Assembly (NCBI GenBank): GCA_035480495.1
Contig: DATIHP010000045.1
Location: forward strand, 1-41,255
Direction of reading: 5' to 3'
Length of the DNA stretch: 41,255 bases
Source of the DNA: Candidatus Saccharimonadales bacterium
GTDB lineage: Bacteria; Patescibacteriota; Saccharimonadia; Saccharimonadales; DATIHP01
Shown in pieces: positions 8,399 to 14,251 of this stretch; positions within the stretch are counted from its first letter, which is position 1; each line of letters begins with the position of its first letter. The notes under the pieces are model-generated. The model saw nothing but the letters and a program-made list of their open reading frames with translations. It was not told the DNA's origin and searched no databases. Both the position numbers and the translations under genes were made by a program.

Positions 8399-8476
8399 GA
8401 TTTTGGAGATGCGGGGCAGACATGAACCTGCCGTATGTAGCTTTGCAAGCTACCACCTATTCTCGGTCACCGCATC
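8399..8476 (-). promoter_or_regulatory. structured 5' leader, riboswitch-like three-way junction, copy 1
   Basis: Minus-strand RNA elements are:
- P1: GAUGCGG (8476-8470) / CCGCAUC (8414-8408)
- J1/2: UGACCGAGAAUAGGUGG
- P2: UAGCUU-GCA-AAGCUA
- J2/3: CAUAC
- P3: GGCAG-GUUCAUGU-CUGCC
Only UCCAAAAUC (9 nt, no SD) separates P1 from the AUG. The leader is part of a 100-nt block (8378-8477) identical to 10052-10151. Confidence 0.6.
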
Positions 8477-8482
8477 AGTATC

Positions 8483-8491
8483 ATTTTAACA
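8483..8491 (-). promoter_or_regulatory. extended -10 promoter TGTTAAAAT for leader copy 1
   Basis: The minus-strand TGnTAAAAT ends 6 nt upstream of the first P1 nucleotide. The homologous position in copy 2 is TGTTACAAT. Confidence 0.5.
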
Positions 8492-8516
8492 GAGATGGCT
8501 GGCTTAAATGAAAATG

Positions 8517-9095
8517 TTAGGTACTTATTCTTTCTTTGCCGAACGTGGGTCGATATATGCAGAACAGCATCACCACACAAGATAAAACTATGTAAGCTTG
8601 GAATATGACGCTCGACCTCAACCCGTCATGAACAATAGCCAAAGTTGCGGCTATACCTTCAAGCCAGTACATTAAAGGCGCTTCAGATTTTGGCAACTTC
8701 CAAGTTTTAAGCACTGCCGGTATATATGCGACTGCATCTGCCAGTATGGCAAAAGCTAATGCCCAAATGCCACTTCCTGTTACCTGCCAAGCCAGAATGC
8801 CAAGTACAGCAATAATTGCACAGCTGATATCAAGCCTGCTGGTGCCACCGATTCCTCTCTTTATTGATAAAAGCGCCAAGAGAAGGCTTCTTCCAAAGAA
8901 AAGTAGCGAAAGTAGTAAGACTCCCAGACCGGCGTGTGCCGCTATTGTCCCCACAAGATTAGCCACCGAAACTATGAAAAGTACTACACGCGTTGTCCGG
9001 TGCGGACGAGTCGTGCCTTTCAGGATGCTTAGCACATAATCTGTGGTTCCAACGACGGATAGGGTTGTGGCTATTCCCAGTAAAGCCGGTTTCAC
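8517..9095 (-). CDS. 7-TM membrane protein with 3+1+3 internal repeat (SWEET/PQ-loop/PnuC-like transporter candidate)
   Basis: 192 aa with a GTG start overlapping the upstream stop (GTGA at 9092-9095). I predict about seven hydrophobic helices. Two similar loop motifs follow helix 1 and helix 5 (SILKGTTRP and AVLKTWKLPKSE). Confidence 0.55.
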   Translation of the reverse strand: MKPALLGIATTLSVVGTTDYVLSILKGTTRPHRTTRVVLFIVSVANLVGTIAAHAGLGVLLLSLLFFGRSLLLALLSIKRGIGGTSRLDISCAIIAVLGILAWQVTGSGIWALAFAILADAVAYIPAVLKTWKLPKSEAPLMYWLEGIAATLAIVHDGLRSSVIFQAYIVLSCVVMLFCIYRPTFGKERIST

Positions 9096-10072
9096 GACGA
9101 TATTTCTTTCAAAATCCTAATTCTCTTAAAATTTTTACCTTCAAGGCCCGGGACATGGGTCTTTTGCCAATCAAATTGAGCTGTTTCCAGCTGTTTGGGT
9201 GTCAGGACAAGTTCGTTATAACTATCGCCGGCATGTTCAAGAGCTCCTACCGCGACCCAAAATTTTGCATATGACTTCTTGGTACTGCCTGTGGCGATAC
9301 AGCCTGGATAATAGGTTGGACACGAGGGAATCATTGAGGGGTCATTTATATATCTTTCCATGGTTTTGGTCCGTTCTATGCTCTGATGTATAAGCTCGGC
9401 CTTTTCGCGCCACAATGGGTCGTCCGTTTGCCCGGGTTTTAACCGCACATTAAGTTCCGTCGCTTCCCTTTGATGTTCGTCCAGTTCGGGAAGTTTGCCT
9501 CCTAGTTCTTTCGACACTTTTGCCTTGGCTTGCTCAAGTTCTGCCAGATATTCTGATATATCGCCATATTCATCGCCGTATCTTTTGTATGATACCGCAA
9601 CGTTTTCTGGCAGGTACTGTTTGAGCCAATTCAGCATAGCCACGAAAGAATCCGAGTATTTGTCCGTTTCCTGCTTGGGCAAGTTATTCATGTTTTCAAG
9701 GACAACATCTTCTGAGTAATACTCCAGCCTTGCCCCCGGCTCATAAACACTCGCGATTGATTTCATCCAGCGCAGTAGGTATGTCGTGACGAACAGCTCA
9801 GCCCAATCAATCTCCGGCGCCTCATCAAAATGCCACAGTTTATTGCCGCCAAAGATTACATTGACGACAATCGGCTTATTGTCTTTGACGGAAAGTTGTA
9901 TGGCCTTTTTAGTGATTGTTATCACGTTGTCGTCGGCTTTGAGTTTACGGAACTTCTTGGACATGACTTTAGCAAAGATGGCTTCTTCAATGGGCGTACT
10001 ACTAACATCAGTCAGTTCCGTGGACTCTTTGAGCGCCTGGAGTGTTGAGATGATGTATTCTTGTGCGGTCAT
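9092..10072 (-). CDS. uncharacterised 326-aa protein, paralog 2 of the duplicated family
   Basis: It has the same length and shared motifs as 7418..8398. Its first 7 codons and its leader are nucleotide-identical to paralog 1, and the rest is strongly diverged. Confidence 0.75.
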   Translation of the reverse strand: MTAQEYIISTLQALKESTELTDVSSTPIEEAIFAKVMSKKFRKLKADDNVITITKKAIQLSVKDNKPIVVNVIFGGNKLWHFDEAPEIDWAELFVTTYLLRWMKSIASVYEPGARLEYYSEDVVLENMNNLPKQETDKYSDSFVAMLNWLKQYLPENVAVSYKRYGDEYGDISEYLAELEQAKAKVSKELGGKLPELDEHQREATELNVRLKPGQTDDPLWREKAELIHQSIERTKTMERYINDPSMIPSCPTYYPGCIATGSTKKSYAKFWVAVGALEHAGDSYNELVLTPKQLETAQFDWQKTHVPGLEGKNFKRIRILKEISS

Positions 10073-10150
10073 GATTTTGGAGATGCGGGGCAGACATGAA
10101 CCTGCCGTATGTAGCTTTGCAAGCTACCACCTATTCTCGGTCACCGCATC
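10073..10150 (-). promoter_or_regulatory. structured 5' leader, riboswitch-like three-way junction, copy 2
   Basis: Nucleotide-identical to 8399-8476 at a constant offset of +1674. P1 strands lie at 10144-10150 and 10082-10088. Confidence 0.6.
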
Positions 10151-10156
10151 AAGATT

Positions 10157-10165
10157 ATTGTAACA
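10157..10165 (-). promoter_or_regulatory. extended -10 promoter TGTTACAAT for leader copy 2
   Basis: Minus-strand TGTTACAAT ends 6 nt upstream of P1, the same spacing as copy 1. Confidence 0.5.
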
Positions 10166-10245
10166 GCACGGCCAAGCTTGGCAGCTTCAAAATATCTCAT
10201 ACATGATTTAATTTAGGACCATGAGAACTTACGGAAATTTATTTG

Positions 10246-10273
10246 TTGACAGGCTTTTTGGCGGGTGTATGCT
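10246..10273 (+). promoter_or_regulatory. sigma70-like promoter (TTGACA-16 nt-TATGCT) placing the transcription start on the A of an ATG
   Basis: TTGACA lies at 10246-10251 and TATGCT at 10268-10273. Exactly 6 nt separate the -10 element from ATG 10280, the same geometry as 3561-3598. Confidence 0.6.
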
Positions 10274-10279
10274 ACCTGC

Positions 10280-10351
10280 ATGGTTACTATTAAACCCACG
10301 GCACAAGCCGTGAAGCTCACGATTATCGTGGCCCGCACGGGGAGTGTTTAG
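10280..10351 (+). CDS. leaderless 23-codon micro-ORF (MVTIKPTAQAVKLTIIVARTGSV), paralog of 3596..3676
   Basis: Hand translation was index-checked against track ORF 10323..10601. It begins ATGGTTA like the first micro-ORF. Confidence 0.45.
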   Translation: MVTIKPTAQAVKLTIIVARTGSV

Positions 10352-10388
10352 GTTTGTAGCCAATAAATAATAAAAAGACAAACCCAAA

Positions 10389-10415
10389 CCTCCCCGCCAT
10401 AAACGGGGAGGTTTT
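10389..10415 (+). terminator. intrinsic terminator hairpin CCUCCCCG-CCAUAAA-CGGGGAGG plus U4; its 3' arm doubles as the SD for the TTG start at 10420
   Basis: The 8-bp stem is identical to that of 3710-3732. GGAGG ends at 10411, 8 nt before TTG 10420. Confidence 0.7.
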
Positions 10416-10419
10416 AATT

Positions 10420-10692
10420 TTGTCGAAAGGATTCAAAAAAATGGAACGACCAACATTAACTGCACAAGCAGGAGCTGAGGCTGCTGGACAACGGCAAGAA
10501 GGTGCTTTACGGCATATGGCAGAGGCTGCCGTACATTTTGCTGCAGAATTGGGAACGGCATTGCTCACTCCATATTCACATGCAGCAGAAGCTTCCGTCA
10601 CACATGCTCAGCCAGATCGGCGTGCTGGAGACAAAGTAAACCCAATGCTAGTGGATGTGTCTCCTTGGGTCAGTACCGAACACCGGACTTAG
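10420..10692 (+). CDS. hypothetical Ala-rich small protein (90 aa from TTG 10420, or 83 aa from ATG 10441)
   Basis: ORF with GGAGG at ideal spacing for the TTG start. It ends 6 nt before the convergent aspS stop. I recognise no family. Confidence 0.35.
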   Translation: MSKGFKKMERPTLTAQAGAEAAGQRQEGALRHMAEAAVHFAAELGTALLTPYSHAAEASVTHAQPDRRAGDKVNPMLVDVSPWVSTEHRT

Positions 10693-10697
10693 GATGC

Positions 10698-12008
10698 TTA
10701 GGGCGCCAGCCGGTTGATATCCCGCGGGAACAGAGTGGCTTCTTTGACGTTATTCAGATTCAGTAATTTCTCAACCGTGCGCTCCAACCCCCAGCCGAAG
10801 CCGCCATGCGGCGGTAAGCCGTATTTGAACGCCTGCAGGTAATATTTGAAACCCGGATGCTCAGGGTCGCCCTTGGCTAATTCTTTGAGTTGTTTTACTA
10901 AGACCTCGTAACGGTGTTCGCGCATGGGTACGGTAGCTATTTCTACGCCGCGGAAAAGCAGGTCGGAGCGGTCGGCGACCTTTGGATTTTTCTCGTTGAC
11001 TTTGTGGTAGAACTTCATGCTGCTGACCGGCCACTCCGTGACATATACGGCCTCACTACCGAGGTTTTTCTTGGCATAATCGCATATCCACTTTTCCTCA
11101 TCGGGCCGCAAGTCTTCCTCGCCGACAGTTTTGGTGCCGGTGGCTTTGGAGTACAGTTCGTGTATCTGGGCCATAGTCAAAGATGGTATCGGTTCCGCCA
11201 GAACAGGTTTTTGAGCATTCCACATCTTAAGTTCAGGTCCGCAGTCCTTCCAGACCTTTTCTACGATATGGCGCAGCAGGCCGCCTGTGAAATCACGCAG
11301 TTCCTCAAAGGTCACGAAGCCCATTTCCGCATCGATGGTAATGTACTCCGTCATGTGGCGCGTGGTGGCGCTTGGTTCGGCGCGGTATGTCGGATTGGTC
11401 TCAAAGACACGCTCAAAGACGCCTACCATCATCTGCTTATAAAACTGGGCGCTCTGCGCCAGCGTGGCTTCTTTGCCAAAATAATCCAGCTTGAATACCT
11501 CGGCGCCGCCTTCAGTAGCTCCGGACAGCAGTTTGGGTGTGTTCATCTCCGTGAAACCGTTCTGGATAAAATACTCGCGCGCCGCTTCCAGGACCTTGGC
11601 TTGGATACGGAAAATAGCCGTCTCCTGTAGGTTGCGCAAACCGATGACCCGGTTATCGAACAGTGTGTCCAGGTTGTCCGGTTTGTGGCTGAGAGGCTTG
11701 TCAATCTCAACGGGCGGCTCCTCGGTCACCGGCACCAGGACCTCAATGTGCGGTTCGCGCAGTTCAGCACCGCCCGGCGCGCGCTCCTCCTTGAATACCT
11801 TGCCCTTTACTTTCAGGACCGTACCGATATGCAGACCGCGCAGTTTTTCCACCTCTTTTTTGTCTTCCACCACCATCTGGACCAAACCGCCGCGGTCACG
11901 GATGTTTATGAAGTTCAGCCCACCCAGCAGCCGCTTCTTATGCAGCCAACCCTGGATTTCCGCCTCTTTGCCGATGTGTTTAGCAATATCTGTGCTTAAA
12001 ACTCTCAT
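10698..12008 (-). CDS. aspS: aspartate--tRNA ligase, archaeal/eukaryotic type (class IIb; possibly non-discriminating)
   Basis: 436 aa with an N-terminal OB-fold anticodon-binding domain. Motifs are GATEGGAEVF...LAQSAQFYKQ, RAEPSATTRHMTEY and GLPPHGGFGWGLER. The size and the ATEGG motif fit type-2 AspRS rather than AsnRS. Confidence 0.9.
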   Translation of the reverse strand: MRVLSTDIAKHIGKEAEIQGWLHKKRLLGGLNFINIRDRGGLVQMVVEDKKEVEKLRGLHIGTVLKVKGKVFKEERAPGGAELREPHIEVLVPVTEEPPVEIDKPLSHKPDNLDTLFDNRVIGLRNLQETAIFRIQAKVLEAAREYFIQNGFTEMNTPKLLSGATEGGAEVFKLDYFGKEATLAQSAQFYKQMMVGVFERVFETNPTYRAEPSATTRHMTEYITIDAEMGFVTFEELRDFTGGLLRHIVEKVWKDCGPELKMWNAQKPVLAEPIPSLTMAQIHELYSKATGTKTVGEEDLRPDEEKWICDYAKKNLGSEAVYVTEWPVSSMKFYHKVNEKNPKVADRSDLLFRGVEIATVPMREHRYEVLVKQLKELAKGDPEHPGFKYYLQAFKYGLPPHGGFGWGLERTVEKLLNLNNVKEATLFPRDINRLAP

Positions 12009-12054
12009 CAGAGAGATTATAGGGTAACTTCCCTATTTTGATAAGGGGAGCGGC

Positions 12055-13122
12055 TCACATTTCGACCGTTTCGTCGATGTGCTCTTCCGGGATAGAGACA
12101 GGTGCTTCTTGGTCGTGGTGTTCGGTATGTTCTTTGGTAGCAGCACGACTGGCTACGGCGCGTAAGTCATCGTATTGGTCAAATTCATCGATGATGGGCG
12201 AGCCGATGATAGCTTCCAATACGTCTTCGATTGTAATAGTGCCGACGTACTCCTCAAAACTGTTCACCACCACGAATAACTGCCGGTGCGTACGTAGGAT
12301 TGCCTGCAAGGCATCCTGAAGTGATTGGTCCTCATGTATATAGGAAACCTCGGGTTTCATGAGGGATTGCACCGAGCCGCTGTGCTTGGCATGGACCAGG
12401 TCGCGTAGATAGAGCGTGCCGATGATATTATCGCGTTTGTTCTCATACACCGGAAACCGTGAATGGCCGGAGGCGTACAGTTCATCCATGAGTATCGGAC
12501 CTAGGGGCTCGGTGGCCGATACTACCTTGACCGCCCTACGCGGCACCATGTGCTGCGCTATGGTCTCATCACCGAATTGCAGCGCGTGCAGTGCGATTTC
12601 CAGCTCGGTTTTCTCGATACGGTTATCCGGCTGGACCTGCTGCCTTTCCAACAAATCGACCAAGTCACGACGATCGTATAGGCCGGTGTGGACCTGTATG
12701 GGTCGATGGCGATGGATAAAACGGACCGTCCAGTCAATCAAAGGATGCAGAACTCCGACGACTTTGGCAAGCAACGGAGCGCACCAGCCGGCCAGTCTCC
12801 TGCCGACCAAGCTCACCCGCGCTGCCGGAATAAACACAAATCCCACCCAGACCAGGATGATGCTGGCAGTAAGGGCGAACCACAGCGGCGCCGTCCTGGT
12901 GACCACGACGAAGAACCCGGCACTGGTTACGCCTATCAGGAACCAAAGCACTGCCCGCAGGCTGTGCCCGTATCCGACCGCCTTAAGCATTGCCGTGGCC
13001 AACTTATCTCCCTGGCGGGCGTCTCGCTTGAGTTCCTTTATGGGGACACGCGAGTAGGTCCGTTGCAAGCTCACTGTCAAAAGAGCAAGTAACGCTAGCG
13101 TGACCGTAAGGATTGTCTGCAT
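12055..13122 (-). CDS. CNNM/DUF21-type membrane protein with CBS-pair domain (HlyC/CorC family, lacking the C-terminal CorC_HlyC domain)
   Basis: 355 aa with about 4 N-terminal TM helices followed by a typical CBS-pair region (VPRRAVKVV...SRFPVYE...IIGTLYLRDL...VNSFEEYVGTITIEDVLEAIIG). Confidence 0.8.
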   Translation of the reverse strand: MQTILTVTLALLALLTVSLQRTYSRVPIKELKRDARQGDKLATAMLKAVGYGHSLRAVLWFLIGVTSAGFFVVVTRTAPLWFALTASIILVWVGFVFIPAARVSLVGRRLAGWCAPLLAKVVGVLHPLIDWTVRFIHRHRPIQVHTGLYDRRDLVDLLERQQVQPDNRIEKTELEIALHALQFGDETIAQHMVPRRAVKVVSATEPLGPILMDELYASGHSRFPVYENKRDNIIGTLYLRDLVHAKHSGSVQSLMKPEVSYIHEDQSLQDALQAILRTHRQLFVVVNSFEEYVGTITIEDVLEAIIGSPIIDEFDQYDDLRAVASRAATKEHTEHHDQEAPVSIPEEHIDETVEM

Positions 13123-13823
13123 GTTTCCATGGTACTATATATAGCGATAAATATGGGAAGCATGTGAGCAACAGATTCTTTATTACGGTACTGGTGGTCA
13201 TTGCGGTAGTGGTTGGCGCGTTTGCGTTTGCGAAGCACAGCAGCAACTCAAAACATAATTCCGCGAACGCCGGCGCTCCCACTAATCATACTGACGGCAG
13301 TACCAAGAGCGGCGTGGTCCTTATTGAATATGGTGATTACCAATGCTCTGCCTGCTATCAGTACGAACCGTTGGTCAAAGCAGTCCGTGAGAAATATAAA
13401 GACCAGATTATTGTACAGTTTCGCAACTTTCCCATTACTTCCAAGCACCCGAATGCCTTTGCGGCTGCCCGAGCCGCCGAAGCATCCGCGAAGCAGAATA
13501 AATTCTGGGAAATGCATGACAAGTTATATGAGACCCAAGATCCAGGCGGGCAAACAGGCTGGGTAGCAAGTAGTAATCCAGCCGTCTTCTTTGTCAGCTT
13601 TGCGGAAGGCCTTGGGCTGGACAAGACCAAGTTTCAATCAGATATGAATAGCTCAGCGGTGAATAATCTTATTCTCGCTGATATGGCCGCTGGCCAGAAG
13701 GTTCCCGTTGAAGGAACGCCTACCTTCGTTCTTGACGGCAAAAAAGTGGAGCAAAACCCCCGCAATATTGAAGGGTTCAATAAATTAATCGACGATGCTA
13801 TCGCTGCCCATCAAAAACAATAG
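13113..13823 (+). CDS. DsbA-family thiol:disulfide oxidoreductase, membrane-anchored
   Basis: It has an N-terminal TM helix, the CxxC active site (YQCSACYQYEP) and a thioredoxin-fold pattern with GTPTFVLDG. The true start may be the in-frame GTG at 13164, which would avoid overlapping the divergent gene. Confidence 0.8.
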   Translation: MSACFHGTIYSDKYGKHVSNRFFITVLVVIAVVVGAFAFAKHSSNSKHNSANAGAPTNHTDGSTKSGVVLIEYGDYQCSACYQYEPLVKAVREKYKDQIIVQFRNFPITSKHPNAFAAARAAEASAKQNKFWEMHDKLYETQDPGGQTGWVASSNPAVFFVSFAEGLGLDKTKFQSDMNSSAVNNLILADMAAGQKVPVEGTPTFVLDGKKVEQNPRNIEGFNKLIDDAIAAHQKQ

Positions 13824-13838
13824 TTTTTAGAAATAAAA

Positions 13839-13864
13839 GCTGCTCTCCTGATGGGAAGAGCAGC
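13839..13864 (-). terminator. intrinsic terminator (minus-strand orientation; may also serve dsbA-like gene bidirectionally)
   Basis: An 8-bp stem gctgctct/agagcagc is present. On the minus strand it is followed by UUUUAUUUCU. On the plus strand the tail is not U-rich. Confidence 0.55.
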
Positions 13865-14251
13865 GATTGGTCCGCCCCAGGGGCGGATTCGGATTTACTC
13901 CGAAAAGGAGCGATGAGAAACCTGCGCCGGAGGCCCCGTGCGCTTTGGCATGGGCCGTGCGGAGGTGTCTCATTACTTTAGTAATTTAGAAATTGCTGCC
14001 ATTTAGGCCGCCGCACTTTTACTTCCACGTTAACACCTTTATTTTGTATTATTTTTATTTTAACCGGCATATCGGCCGTTACCCTCCCGCAAACACCAAG
14101 ACCCCTCACAGGTCCCTGTCTTTACTTTTTTTATTTGAAAGTTTTTGTCTTTCGTTACTACAGGCCGCGGCCCGCAAACTACGAAGTGGCTTTATTCTGA
14201 CATAAGCACTTTAGGCTTGTCAAGCGAATTAATGACCGGCCATAGCACCTG

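Noticed and set aside
8399-8476. A match of the duplicated leader to known riboswitch classes. The segments GACCGAGAAU and AUACGGCAGG loosely recall ykkC (guanidine-I/PRPP/ppGpp) conserved segments. The purine, preQ1, ZTP, THF, fluoride, SAM-II and c-di-GMP consensus features were also compared from memory.
   Set aside because: The architecture does not fit any class I can recall: a 7-bp P1, a 17-nt J1/2, short P2 and P3, and no J3/1. The signature nucleotides also do not fit. The ykkC resemblance is only a few nucleotides. The leader is left unclassified pending cmscan.
8178-8489. Plus-strand ORFs 8178..8489 and 9786..10163 have identical C-termini (...YSCAVMILEMRGRHEPAVCSFASYHLFSVTAS), which could look like a conserved small protein.
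   Set aside because: The shared residues are simply the antisense translation of the 100-nt identical leader block. Upstream of it the two ORFs run antisense through diverged coding sequence and have no start context. The identity is explained by the minus-strand RNA element.
12009-12054. A T-box leader upstream of aspS.
   Set aside because: Only 46 nt separate the aspS start from the upstream gene's stop, which is far too short for a T-box. No specifier or T-box sequence is visible.
13824-14251. The gap is about the right size for tmRNA, RNase P RNA or SRP RNA, so these were considered on both strands.
   Set aside because: - For tmRNA, there is no 5' GGGG acceptor, no T-arm GGUUCGAnUCC...CCA end and no plausible Ala-ending tag frame.
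- For RNase P, there is no GAGGAAAGUCC P4 motif.
- For SRP, there is no GGAA-tetraloop/AGCAGCC domain IV.
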